Shown: in pieces, positions 9,122-19,203 of the stretch
How positions within the stretch are numbered: position 1 is the first letter of the stretch
How the letters are laid out: each line of letters opens with the position of its first letter
From: Bdellovibrionales bacterium
Lineage (GTDB): Bacteria > Bdellovibrionota > Bdellovibrionia > Bdellovibrionales > JAUICD01
Length of the DNA stretch: 64,000 bases
NCBI GenBank assembly: GCA_965203275.1
Contig: OZ241865.1
Coordinates: 1,280,001-1,344,000 of the forward strand
Reading direction: 5' to 3'
Notes under the pieces: generated by a model
What the model saw: the letters and a program-made list of their open reading frames with translations, nothing else
The model's database searches: none
What the model was told of the DNA's origin: nothing
Translations under genes and position numbers: made by a program

Positions 9122-9864
9122 TCGTTTTCTTTTCCTTTTCTAAAGAAGTTTTTTTTAGCTATGTTTAAAAAATCAGAAACAAAATGACTCAACCCCACCT
9201 CTATTTGTTTGCACTGTGCTAAGTATTGATTATAAGCTACTACAGCAGGGATAGCAACTAACAAGCCAAAAGCGGTTGCAATCAAAGCTTCTGAAATGCC
9301 AGGGGCAACAACAGCAAGGTGAGCAGCTCCTGTTGTACCAATCTTTTGAAAGGCATTCATAATACCCCAAACAGTACCAAAAAGTCCAATAAAAGGGGAT
9401 GTGCTACCTATTGTAGCCAATAAGCTAAGACTTGATTCTAGCTTACCTGTTTCCAGTTCAGAGGCTTTTCTTAAAGCCCTTTGGACATTATCAATATCTA
9501 CTATATCAAAGGCTTGTTTTTCTTTAAATGCTTTTAAGCCTGATAGTTTAGCAAGGTGTTTAAGCTCTTCAAATCCTGCATGGAAAATAGCTTCTGATGG
9601 ACTTTCTCTTTTTTGGTTGTAATGGGTGGAGCGAGGGATATCATTCCAAGAAGAAATACTCCAAAAACGTTTTAAGAAAATATCATCTGCTTGTTTGACT
9701 TGAGAAAAATGCTTAAACTTCATAAAAATAATAGACCAAGATAAAACAGAAAAGACAATTAACACTAATAAAGTGATCTGTACAACAATGCTAGCAGATA
9801 GCACAGCATCTATGGCGTCAAATTCTATAACAGGGGTTGTGGTTTGTGCGTATAGTTTTGTCAT
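9118..9864 (-). CDS. tolQ: TolQ/ExbB/MotA proton channel
   Basis: PFIGLFGTVWGIM and APGISEALIATAFGL motifs. Confidence 0.9.
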   Translation of the reverse strand: MTKLYAQTTTPVIEFDAIDAVLSASIVVQITLLVLIVFSVLSWSIIFMKFKHFSQVKQADDIFLKRFWSISSWNDIPRSTHYNQKRESPSEAIFHAGFEELKHLAKLSGLKAFKEKQAFDIVDIDNVQRALRKASELETGKLESSLSLLATIGSTSPFIGLFGTVWGIMNAFQKIGTTGAAHLAVVAPGISEALIATAFGLLVAIPAVVAYNQYLAQCKQIEVGLSHFVSDFLNIAKKNFFRKGKENE

Positions 9865-9956
9865 ATTATTTTTTACTATAACTAATTTGTTCTTAAAAAG
9901 ATAACAAAAAAATTAAGTAAAAAAACAGCTTATTTATTTTTTTATACTCTTGTTTT

Positions 9957-10080
9957 TCCGGGATCCGGGATCCCGGGAATCGGGCAACCCGGCAACAGGC
10001 AGGAGTGAAGTGAACATCTTGTTTCCTTAACATTTCACTCAAAATGCATCATGCCGTCTTTTGCACTTGAAATGAACCAA
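9957..10080. repeat. D heptamers plus stacked module ends
   Basis: 10021-10079 is nearly the reverse complement of 6918-6973. Confidence 0.85.
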
Positions 10081-10081
10081 C

Positions 10082-10546
10082 CTACTGGCTTTTTCTGTTT
10101 TCATTGAGTCTTCTGACAGTTAATCGCAGATCAAATAAACTAATATTTCTGATTTTGCATTCGGCAGTAGGATGTTCTCTATGCCATTTAATCCTTGCTG
10201 TAGGTGGCCTATAACGTACATTAATGTAAACCTTGGGGTTAAGCACTTTAGAATTAGTTGGTAGACGAGGAGTACATTGATGTTTAAAAAAATCAATTTT
10301 AATTGTAGGTACAAGGGCCCTACTTTGATCAGATATATGCTCTATTAACATAGGACAAGATGTGATTGCTAATCGTGACTTTGTGTTTTCTTTAGGCTGA
10401 AATATTAAATATGCTTGCCCAACACTATCTAAAGTCAGCTTTCCTGTATACTTTGAATGAGAAAAACGACAATCTAAAATATTAGTATTAGCAAAAGCTA
10501 AAGGACACCATAAACATAATAAAATAAAAATCAATACATATTTCAT
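10082..10546 (-). CDS. Secreted hypothetical protein
   Basis: 154 aa, AFA signal peptide, coupled to the upstream gene. Confidence 0.75.
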   Translation of the reverse strand: MKYVLIFILLCLWCPLAFANTNILDCRFSHSKYTGKLTLDSVGQAYLIFQPKENTKSRLAITSCPMLIEHISDQSRALVPTIKIDFFKHQCTPRLPTNSKVLNPKVYINVRYRPPTARIKWHREHPTAECKIRNISLFDLRLTVRRLNENRKSQ

Positions 10547-10552
10547 TTATTT

Positions 10553-12271
10553 TTACCTCCTAGTACCTCTGTTTTGGTTTGTTAAATTATGCCTTATTTG
10601 AGAAGTAGTCACAGGTCTACAAGTATGAATAGTATGGGAAACACAATGTAAGTTACCCATAAGAGAGTGAGAATATTCAGTAGTATCTACAAAACGAGCT
10701 GTGATTTTCCTTTTGTTGTATTCATTTTTCATATATTCTTGAAAAGCTGTGTTGCCTCCGGGTGTAGGGATTATTAAGTGATCGTTTATGGAAACAGCAT
10801 TATTTGAGTTGGGTAAAATAGATAATCCTGTCTTTCTATCTAAAGTGATCTCTCCATCAGGACTTTCTGTTATTTCTCCAGAGAAAAGATCTGGAGTTTG
10901 AATAAAATCAGGAGTGCAACCAAGCCTATTTTTTATATTATTTCTTAATGTTATTCTAAGAGTGTCCATTTCTTTTTGAACTACATCATTGTATTTTTTA
11001 TAATCTGTATCATTTTGAAGAAGCATCAATACATCACTATTTTTAAGTATTGTATTTTGACATGCTTCTCTTCTTGCTTTTTCTCTTTCTTCTCTACGCT
11101 CTCTTCGCTCTCTTTCAAGAACCACAAAATGCTCCCATAAAGGATCAACAGGAGCATAAGCATAAGGAATCATCCAACGATAAAGTTTATAGAATAATTG
11201 AGAGATGCCTTCACCTCTCTGAGGAGATCTTCTTCTTCTTTCTCTAGATTTGTTTAATTTTAACTCGTTTGCTTTGATACACATATTCATTACAGTACCT
11301 TCCATAGGCATAGATGTAAAGGGTTCATCAGGATTGCTTCTTAAAAGCTCTGTGGCCTTTCTGGGACTAGATAAGGCTATAGAAAAGTTACATTGTCCTG
11401 GTTTGGGATTGAGATTTCTAATTGGTTTCATAATCTCATCAGTATGTCCTACTTCAAGCCAATAGGTAGGAACTTTGATCTTATTGTCTGGGTTTGTACC
11501 ACAGAATTGATTGGCGTATGCTTCCCATTGGTTTCCTTGAAAATCATCATCTCCTAAAAGACAAAAGCCTCCAGGGAGTCCTTCAATATTACCTCCACCA
11601 TGTCCATTACGCATTCTAGGGGCTGTTTTCAGTGGAGAAGCACTTTGCACTCCGCAATTTTTAAGTGTATTGACAATACTTGAGGTACTCTCCTGAAATG
11701 ATTCAATGGACATGTTATTGTCATAACCTTCAACATTTCTTATAACTGCTTGTCCAGTATTTGGATCAACAAAAGATTCAAAATAATCTTGTTGCCATGT
11801 AAACTGTGGTACATGAGGTATCGGTCTTAAAGCTGCAACAGCTTTATCTTTGAGTGCCTGAGATATATTTAATTTATTAATATGCATTTTAATTTCTTCT
11901 GTTTGAGTTTCAGGTACACCCATAAGCAAGATCAACGGCATAGAGTCTGCTTTTGAAGATCGTATCACTTGTTCTACAAAAGATTGTGTGAATTCCTTAC
12001 CAACTGTTCCTCCTCTAGTAGAAACCACAACAGCAGAGACAGGATAAGTTTCTGGTATGATAGAAGGCATTCCAGGCCTTGGGCAGGCAGGCATATTCTC
12101 ACGTTCTTTAATCCACTGAGGACAATGATCATTGAGGACAGGTGGAGCTGATGGATCAGCTTGAATGATTGTACCAGGTTCAACAGTGTCAAGTATGACA
12201 TCAGCTTGAACAAAATCTGTCAACAGCAATAATAGCAAAACAATGTTTATCAACATCACAGTATTTTTCAT
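10553..12271 (-). CDS. Secreted protein-arginine deiminase (PAD)-like enzyme
   Basis: Signal peptide; WQQD, GGNIEGLP, WLEVGHTDE and GNLHC match the PAD catalytic Asp/His/Asp/Cys motifs. Confidence 0.8.
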   Translation of the reverse strand: MKNTVMLINIVLLLLLLTDFVQADVILDTVEPGTIIQADPSAPPVLNDHCPQWIKERENMPACPRPGMPSIIPETYPVSAVVVSTRGGTVGKEFTQSFVEQVIRSSKADSMPLILLMGVPETQTEEIKMHINKLNISQALKDKAVAALRPIPHVPQFTWQQDYFESFVDPNTGQAVIRNVEGYDNNMSIESFQESTSSIVNTLKNCGVQSASPLKTAPRMRNGHGGGNIEGLPGGFCLLGDDDFQGNQWEAYANQFCGTNPDNKIKVPTYWLEVGHTDEIMKPIRNLNPKPGQCNFSIALSSPRKATELLRSNPDEPFTSMPMEGTVMNMCIKANELKLNKSRERRRRSPQRGEGISQLFYKLYRWMIPYAYAPVDPLWEHFVVLERERRERREEREKARREACQNTILKNSDVLMLLQNDTDYKKYNDVVQKEMDTLRITLRNNIKNRLGCTPDFIQTPDLFSGEITESPDGEITLDRKTGLSILPNSNNAVSINDHLIIPTPGGNTAFQEYMKNEYNKRKITARFVDTTEYSHSLMGNLHCVSHTIHTCRPVTTSQIRHNLTNQNRGTRR

Positions 12272-12571
12272 AAAAACTCTTTATCTAAGATTAATTTTTC
12301 TTGCTAACTCTTAGCACCTTTTGCATTCTGCTGTTAGTTTTTACCAATATTGCTACAATTTTCCTCCAAAATTTCTTCTAAAAGGCTAAGGATAGCAAGG
12401 AACAATAAAACACCAAGAACTTTTAATGCACTGCGTGTTAGGGGAGGAGGACAAAGATATTCCTTTGGACCTAAATATTGGCATATTGACCTCATCTATA
12501 TTTGTATCGACATAATTTATAAAAAATTTAAGATTATTTATATAAACAGGACTTTTATCAGGCTCTTTAAT

Positions 12572-12890
12572 ATTTCACTCAAAATGCATCATGCATTTTG
12601 AGTGAAATTTTAAGGAAAAAGATTTCCTTTTTTTATTTTTTTATTCTTTTTAGATTCTGCGTAACTTTCAAAAAAAATATAAATGTTATGAGTGGGAGGC
12701 GGAGGCAGGCTGGAGATCTTCCGCAGACCCGCTTGCTCTTTAAAAGCAAGCGAAGGTTGAGGACTTCGGAAGCCTGCCTCCGCATTCCACTCATAAAAAA
12801 CATACAAATAGGAAAGCAGAATCAAAGGGCGGTGGGTGGGGTTAGGGAGTTTGGTTTACTTTTAGTGAAACTAGACCACTTTTAATGAAC
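12572..12890. repeat. Palindromic A-end dyad, module C (12609-12848), stacked ends overlapping the mnmG stop
   Basis: TTTCACTCAAAATGCAT-C-ATGCATTTTGAGTGAAA, then the C stems. Confidence 0.9.
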
Positions 12891-14745
12891 CAATGTGATT
12901 GGATTTTTTGTAGATCATCAAGGCCTGAATAGCCGATGGATTAACACCACTGATCCGACTGGCTTGACCTAAACTCCGAGGACGAATAGTTTTTAGCTTT
13001 TCAATCTCTTCTATCGATAATCCCTTAATATTTTCATACTGTAAATTTTCTTCTAATAAAAGACCTTCTAATTTACTAGCTTGATCTATCAATTGTTGTT
13101 GCCTAGTGATATAACCTTCATATTTGATAGCAATTTCCACTGCTTCAGTGATCTGCTCGTCTTCTATAATAGGAAAATTAAAATGCTTTAAATCTTTATA
13201 AGATATTTCACTACGCCGTAATAATTCCTTAAAAGTAATAGGTTTTTGTAAAGGTACCATATTTAATTGCTTAAATTTTTCTTGTATCTTTTCTTTAGGG
13301 GTCAATCGAGTTTGAGATAACAGATCAAGATGCTCTTTTCTTTTCTTTACTATATTATTTAACAGTTTAATATCTTTAGCGGGAATCAAGTGAAACCTTT
13401 GGCTTTTTTCTAGCAACCTCTCTAAAGTATTATCCTCTCTTAAGTTCATCCGAAACTCTGCCCTTGAGGTAAACATTCTATAGGGTTCTTTTGTCCCTTT
13501 TGTGATCAGATCATCGATCAATACTCCAATATAAGCCTTATCTCTTTCTAACAAAAATTCATTTTTATTTTGAACTTTTAAGGCTGCATTGATTCCAGCA
13601 AGTAATCCTTGACCTGCTGCTTCTTCATATCCACTTGTGCCATTGATCTGCCCAGCTAAAAATAAACTTTCAATCAATCGAGTTTCAAGCGTGTGTTTGA
13701 TCTGAGTAGGTTCTACAAAATCATATTCTACAGCATAGCCATACCTTAAAATTTTTACATGTTTTAAAGATGGAATGGTCCTTAAAAATTCATCTTGAAC
13801 TTCCGCAGGCAAACTAGTTGAAATACCCTGAAGATAAATACTATTTGTGTTTAAACCCTCTGGCTCTAAAAAAGTTTGATGTCGAGTCTTATCTGCAAAC
13901 CTCATAACTTTATCTTCTATACTAGGACAATAACGTGGACCAACACCTTCTGCAATACCATTGTACATAGGGCTTTTATGAATATTCTTTTGGATAATTT
14001 TATGGGTTTGCTCATTGGTGTATGTGATGTAACAACTAACTTGAGGTAACTGAGGAGTCGTTGAACTCCTATAACTAAAAGGATAAAATTTACTATCACC
14101 TTTTTGCTCCTCTGTCAAAGACCAATCAATACTTTTTGCATCTAAACGAGCTGGAGTGCCTGTTTTCAAACGACGGACAGAAAAGCCTATAGTAGCTAAC
14201 TGCTGAGAAAGCCCTACTGTTGCTTTCTCTCCTACTCGACCTCCAGATTCTTGTACATGGCCTACATGCATGATCCCGTTCATAAATGTTCCCGTTGTGA
14301 TCACCACAACATGGGAATTTATGCTTGAACCATCTTTTAAGATCACACCCTTACAAGTATTTTTTTCAATCATCAATGAGGAAACTTCTGCTTGAATCAA
14401 ATCAATATTAGGGCAAGCTAGCAAAGCTTGTTTCATGTTTTGAGAGTAAAGGCTTTTATCGCATTGCATTCTAGAGCCTCGAACAGCAGGCCCTCGACTT
14501 GCATTGAGTCTCTTAAATTGTATGCAAACATTGTCAGCTTGGAAGCCCATTTCACCACCTAACACGTCAATTTCTCGGACAATATGCCCCTTAGCAAGTC
14601 CACCAATAGCTGGATTACAGCTCATAAAAGAAATACGATTTGTATTGCTTGTAGCAACTGTGACCTTACAACCAAGACGACTAGCAGCAAGAGCAGCTTC
14701 CACCCCTGCATGCCCTGCCCCTACAATTAAAACATCTGTTTTCAT
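12871..14745 (-). CDS. mnmG: tRNA uridine-5-carboxymethylaminomethyl modification enzyme MnmG
   Basis: GAGHAG, SCNPAIGG, GPRYCPSIEDK, GQINGTSGYEEAA. Confidence 0.97.
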   Translation of the reverse strand: MKTDVLIVGAGHAGVEAALAASRLGCKVTVATSNTNRISFMSCNPAIGGLAKGHIVREIDVLGGEMGFQADNVCIQFKRLNASRGPAVRGSRMQCDKSLYSQNMKQALLACPNIDLIQAEVSSLMIEKNTCKGVILKDGSSINSHVVVITTGTFMNGIMHVGHVQESGGRVGEKATVGLSQQLATIGFSVRRLKTGTPARLDAKSIDWSLTEEQKGDSKFYPFSYRSSTTPQLPQVSCYITYTNEQTHKIIQKNIHKSPMYNGIAEGVGPRYCPSIEDKVMRFADKTRHQTFLEPEGLNTNSIYLQGISTSLPAEVQDEFLRTIPSLKHVKILRYGYAVEYDFVEPTQIKHTLETRLIESLFLAGQINGTSGYEEAAGQGLLAGINAALKVQNKNEFLLERDKAYIGVLIDDLITKGTKEPYRMFTSRAEFRMNLREDNTLERLLEKSQRFHLIPAKDIKLLNNIVKKRKEHLDLLSQTRLTPKEKIQEKFKQLNMVPLQKPITFKELLRRSEISYKDLKHFNFPIIEDEQITEAVEIAIKYEGYITRQQQLIDQASKLEGLLLEENLQYENIKGLSIEEIEKLKTIRPRSLGQASRISGVNPSAIQALMIYKKSNHIGSLKVV

Positions 14746-14790
14746 AATTGATCATATCCCTTGTGTGAAAATAAGTTTCTTAAAATAGTT

Positions 14791-15234
14791 CTAAGATATA
14801 GCTCTCAGAGTCCATTTAGAATGAAAGGCTAGTTCTTTTGCATGCATTCTTTCAGTATCTCTATCTATATTCTTAGGTAAAATGATATCAGCATGATAAG
14901 GATTATCTTTTAAAGGTGTAGCATGTAATTGTCTTCTACTTGCAGATGCATGTACAGCTTGGATTTTAGCCCACCCGTAAAAAGAGCGTTTTTGGGATTC
15001 ATTTTTTGATCTTTGTTCTGCATTTTTATCTTGAATATCAGTTAAATCTTTTATTGAACAAAAGTCAAAACGATCTACTGAAAGAGATTGATCATCCTTT
15101 CTAAAAAATACATGGTATCTTATTTTTTTTGATTTGTTAAAACCTTTACTTGAGAAAATAGCCCTACCCAGAAAGTCTTTATCTTCAATATTTTTAGGCA
15201 GTTTTTGCATAAGTATCCTGTGATAAAGTTTCAA
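14791..15234 (-). CDS. Hypothetical protein, possible ADP-ribosyltransferase-like toxin
   Basis: R..F..LSVDR..NPYHADI pattern; last gene of an overlapping three-gene unit. Confidence 0.45.
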   Translation of the reverse strand: MKLYHRILMQKLPKNIEDKDFLGRAIFSSKGFNKSKKIRYHVFFRKDDQSLSVDRFDFCSIKDLTDIQDKNAEQRSKNESQKRSFYGWAKIQAVHASASRRQLHATPLKDNPYHADIILPKNIDRDTERMHAKELAFHSKWTLRAIS

Positions 15235-15955
15235 GAGATGTCTTTGGCCTATAATTATTTTTATCTTCCGATAATTCCGATAATCTTGTTGATGAATGAA
15301 AGTGTTCAGAGATCAACACAGGGTTAAGTTTTTTATACACTGTTTGTAATGGATAATAAAATTCTTCAAAATGATCACATCGAAAATGACTATTTTTATG
15401 ATCAAATGTTGCAAAATACGCTAAACTCTTCTCAGAATCACAAAGGACTAAAACCCCTCCCTTTTCAGTATCACAGTCAACAGCAATTTCTCTATCTTCT
15501 GTAGGATAAATGTCATATTCATATTGTGGGAAATGATCATATAAAAAATCTAAAACTTTTCTAGCATTATTTCTAGCCACTTCAGAAAAAACTTCAAAGC
15601 CTTCTTCTTCACATTCTTCATGTAAATTATCTAAAGTTTGATGTAAATCTTTTAAGATATTTTGTTTATTTTCCCTATCAATTTTATATTGTAATTGATC
15701 TAAAAAATCTGAAATTTTTCTAACATTCTCTCTCGTTACTTTAGAAAACACTGTAAAGTCTTCTTCCTTAGATTCTTTGTTTAAATTATCTAAATTACTT
15801 TGTCTACTATATCGATATATCCCTTGTTGTTTTTTTTGTAAATAATGTAAATAAGGTGACACTGAGGTGATATGTTCATTATGCTCATCTCGATATTTTG
15901 TTTGCTTTTTAAATAATAATGACAAAAAATTAAACGGCTCTTGAATTTGAGTCAT
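15194..15955 (-). CDS. Hypothetical acidic protein with an internal duplication
   Basis: 253 aa; the motif LDNLxxExxEExFxVFSxVxRxNxRK occurs twice. Confidence 0.7.
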   Translation of the reverse strand: MTQIQEPFNFLSLLFKKQTKYRDEHNEHITSVSPYLHYLQKKQQGIYRYSRQSNLDNLNKESKEEDFTVFSKVTRENVRKISDFLDQLQYKIDRENKQNILKDLHQTLDNLHEECEEEGFEVFSEVARNNARKVLDFLYDHFPQYEYDIYPTEDREIAVDCDTEKGGVLVLCDSEKSLAYFATFDHKNSHFRCDHFEEFYYPLQTVYKKLNPVLISEHFHSSTRLSELSEDKNNYRPKTSLETLSQDTYAKTA

Positions 15956-16616
15956 AAAACCTCTCTGTAAAATTTTTTAGTTTTTTGTAATGACCTTCTA
16001 TTTCTGCAATAAAAGTAGCTTGGTTTTCACTGTAATCCCCAGGATAATGAATATTTACAGCAAAAAAAGGTACACAAATCTTTTTATTATTTTCATTAAC
16101 ACTTTTAATGGATATATTAACTTTCTTTCCCTCCATATTGTAAGATAAATCAATGCCATTGACCTGCCCTTTATTATTGTTTAAGTGAAGTTGAGAAACA
16201 TCTTGTTGAACTATTTTGTGAGCAACAACATTGTAATCTAAATCATCAGCTATAATATCAAAATTAATACCAATATTTTGATACTTATGCCCTAATAACT
16301 GCAAATATTTAAGTGCAGTATCTTTTAATACATTTAACTTCTTCAAACAATCATCGTTTATAGTGAGATTGGCTATTTGAAAAATCACTCTCTTTAATTC
16401 AGATTCAGTGATTAAACTAAATCCATTCTCATAATGCAGTTGGCTAATAATAGGTGTTGTAAAAGAATGATTTTTTTTCAAGACAAAATCATTAGGAATG
16501 ACTTTTTGATGGACCAAAAAGCTGTGATCTAAAGGTGACACTTGATCTTTTTTTTGTGCCACTAAGACTATGGAGCTGTTTAACAATATTAGACTCATAA
16601 TATACCTTATCGGCAA
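15930..16616 (-). CDS. Hypothetical protein (TIGR04255-like appearance)
   Basis: 228 aa; NIGINF and AVNIHY motifs. Confidence 0.55.
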   Translation of the reverse strand: MPIRYIMSLILLNSSIVLVAQKKDQVSPLDHSFLVHQKVIPNDFVLKKNHSFTTPIISQLHYENGFSLITESELKRVIFQIANLTINDDCLKKLNVLKDTALKYLQLLGHKYQNIGINFDIIADDLDYNVVAHKIVQQDVSQLHLNNNKGQVNGIDLSYNMEGKKVNISIKSVNENNKKICVPFFAVNIHYPGDYSENQATFIAEIEGHYKKLKNFTERFYDSNSRAV

Positions 16617-16688
16617 AAGTTCTTAGAGATTTATTTTTAAGAAGGATATCCACATTAATACCTAACTGTCAAGCTTTAAAATGACTTT

Positions 16689-17174
16689 TTAAGCAGAATC
16701 TCTTTCTTCTTCGAGTAAAATTTTAACAGTCTTTTTTAACGTATTAATTTCAAATGGTTTTTTAATGTAGTCATCGGCTCCCTTTTCAAATCCTTTTTTG
16801 ATAGCCTCCTCCTCTGTATGACTAGAGAGGAAAATCATAGGAATATCTTGTAAGTCTTCGCTTTGTTTGAGAATATCTGCCAGCTCATATCCATTCACCC
16901 AAGGCAAACCCACATCAAGTATAATAAAGTCAATGGGCTTATCTGCAATTGTATTTAACTGTACCCCATCTTCTATACATAAAACACCATATCCTTCAAG
17001 TTCAAAAGCTCTTTTAAGAGCTGCTCTGATTGTGGGATCATCATCTACCACAAGAATATTTTTTCTTCTTGTCTTAAGTGGTGTTCTAAATTGATCCAAT
17101 GAGACAACTTCTTGTTGGCACATGCGAGAACGTGCCATTTGTTCTATCTTATAAATCACATCTTTGAGTTTCAT
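16689..17174 (-). CDS. Response regulator receiver protein
   Basis: ILVVDDD, ILDVGLP, GADDYIKKPF. Confidence 0.92.
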   Translation of the reverse strand: MKLKDVIYKIEQMARSRMCQQEVVSLDQFRTPLKTRRKNILVVDDDPTIRAALKRAFELEGYGVLCIEDGVQLNTIADKPIDFIILDVGLPWVNGYELADILKQSEDLQDIPMIFLSSHTEEEAIKKGFEKGADDYIKKPFEINTLKKTVKILLEEERDSA

Positions 17175-17224
17175 TGGATCACCTTCAAATTATAAATCTT
17201 TACTTTAAACTACCTTAGCCTTAA

Positions 17225-18145
17225 TTAAATACCTCTTGCTTCTAGCCACCTTTCAGCATCTATTGCTGCCATACAACCACTGCCAGCTGCTGTGATGGCT
17301 TGTCTGTAAACAAAGTCTTGGACATCTCCTGCTGCGAAAATGCCATCCACAGACGTGTAAGTGGAATCTTTCTTTGTTATGATATAACCCTTATCGTCTG
17401 TTTCTAGAATATCCTTGAATATTTCTGTATTCGGCTGATGGCCAATAGCTATAAAGACTCCTCCGCAAGGTAAATTCGATGTCTGGCCTTCTTTTGTATT
17501 TTCTAAAATCACACTTTCAACAGCTTTCTGCCCTATAATGTCTTTGACAACACAGTTCCATAAAACTTTAACCTTGGGATTATTGATAGCTCTTTCTGCC
17601 ATAATCTTAGAGGCTCTAAAGTGATCCCTTCTATGAACAATATATACTTGTTTTGCAAAGCGAGTGAGGAAGATAGCTTCTTCCATAGCACTGTCTCCCC
17701 CGCCGACTACAACAATATCTTCGTCTTTAAAAAAAGCCCCATCGCAAGTCGCACAAGTGGAAACCCCTCGACCAAGGAGTTTTTTCTCTGCTTCTAAACC
17801 TAAAAACTTAGACCTTGCACCTGTGGACACAATCAAACAATGGGCTTGGTATTCTTGATGGGATACCCATACCTTAAAAGGATGCTCTGTGACGTCTATC
17901 CTACTGACATCTTTGGTAATATATCGAGTTCCAAAGCGTTCTGCCTGCCGGCGGAAAATATCCATTATTTCTGGCCCTTGGATGCCTTTTTCAAAGCCAG
18001 GGTAATTTTCTACATCGGAGGTGATCATCAATTGACCTCCGTATGCCTCTCCTTCAATACATAATGGATTGAGATTGGCTCTTGCTGTGTAAATTGCTGC
18101 CGTCAAGCCCGCAGGACCGGAGCCTATAATAATGACCTTTTCCAT
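17225..18145 (-). CDS. trxB: Thioredoxin reductase
   Basis: GSGPAG, CATCDG, GGGDSA. Confidence 0.97.
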   Translation of the reverse strand: MEKVIIIGSGPAGLTAAIYTARANLNPLCIEGEAYGGQLMITSDVENYPGFEKGIQGPEIMDIFRRQAERFGTRYITKDVSRIDVTEHPFKVWVSHQEYQAHCLIVSTGARSKFLGLEAEKKLLGRGVSTCATCDGAFFKDEDIVVVGGGDSAMEEAIFLTRFAKQVYIVHRRDHFRASKIMAERAINNPKVKVLWNCVVKDIIGQKAVESVILENTKEGQTSNLPCGGVFIAIGHQPNTEIFKDILETDDKGYIITKKDSTYTSVDGIFAAGDVQDFVYRQAITAAGSGCMAAIDAERWLEARGI

Positions 18146-18331
18146 TCTTTTTTAAACCTATCGTTATTTTATTCGTTGATCTTCATTTTGACTTTGATGC
18201 AATGAACTTAAATTAACTTAAACAAAGCAACTCATAGTATAACCACTGATTTTTTATTAGTAAAAAAGTTTAATGTTTAAACATTAAACAGTCATACCTC
18301 AGTCTAATCTAAAGTCATGTTGTTTGAAATA

Positions 18332-18994
18332 TTAATTAGCTTGTGTAGGAGGAGGTTGCATTTCAAGGTCTCCCGGAGTTTCTGGAAGGTCTGAAGTCCA
18401 AGCAAAAGAGCGAATAATTTTATTGCATTCTCTTAAGGACATCATAAACGAAGCAATATTATCAATACAATTTAAGATCACAGCCTTTTGTCTTCTTTTG
18501 AAAAACACCACTTGTCTAATTTGTTTTTGAGATCGTTCATTTTTAATATCTATCACATAACTGACTTCTCGATTGTTATGTCGGAAGGGCCTGGAGCCTA
18601 AAACCTGATATCCAAGTCTAGGATAATCACCCATCCACTGTTGGACATATTGATTAATATTGGCAATTTCACCAATATTGTTGTCTACACGTACTGTCAT
18701 AATAGGCTGAAATCCTTGATTAACAACAGGGGAGCGAAACAATAAATGCATGCTCTTTTTGTCTTTTGGTGTTGGGGAATTAAACCAAGTGGTATCTAGT
18801 TGACTAAACAAAAAGCCTTCTTTGCTTCTTAAGGTTTGAAATGTTTGAGCATCTTTTTGTGAGGAAGGAGCAGGGTCAGGTGCAGCTAAGGTATTCAAAT
18901 GTGGTATTATAGGTATAGTGAAAGTCAATAAAATAAAAAGACTGCATATTTGAAAATAATTATTTTGCGTTTGGGATAATTTTTGATTTTTCAT
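18332..18994 (-). CDS. Exported hypothetical protein
   Basis: 220 aa with an N-terminal hydrophobic segment. Confidence 0.7.
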   Translation of the reverse strand: MKNQKLSQTQNNYFQICSLFILLTFTIPIIPHLNTLAAPDPAPSSQKDAQTFQTLRSKEGFLFSQLDTTWFNSPTPKDKKSMHLLFRSPVVNQGFQPIMTVRVDNNIGEIANINQYVQQWMGDYPRLGYQVLGSRPFRHNNREVSYVIDIKNERSQKQIRQVVFFKRRQKAVILNCIDNIASFMMSLRECNKIIRSFAWTSDLPETPGDLEMQPPPTQAN

Positions 18995-19203
18995 TGTGAT
19001 ATACCTCTTTTTGCTTTAAATTTGTTTTCTTCTGATAATTTATTTAATCAAATTCTGTTAAAAATGAAAATCATTATTTTTTAAGCTAGTTATGGGTATA
19101 TCACATAACTAGTCCTTTGCCTAGAATATTTATTGATTATTTTCAGGGTTAAAAACACTCTCAAGAATAAACCTTATTAGGGAAAATAAATATACTTTTG
19201 ATT

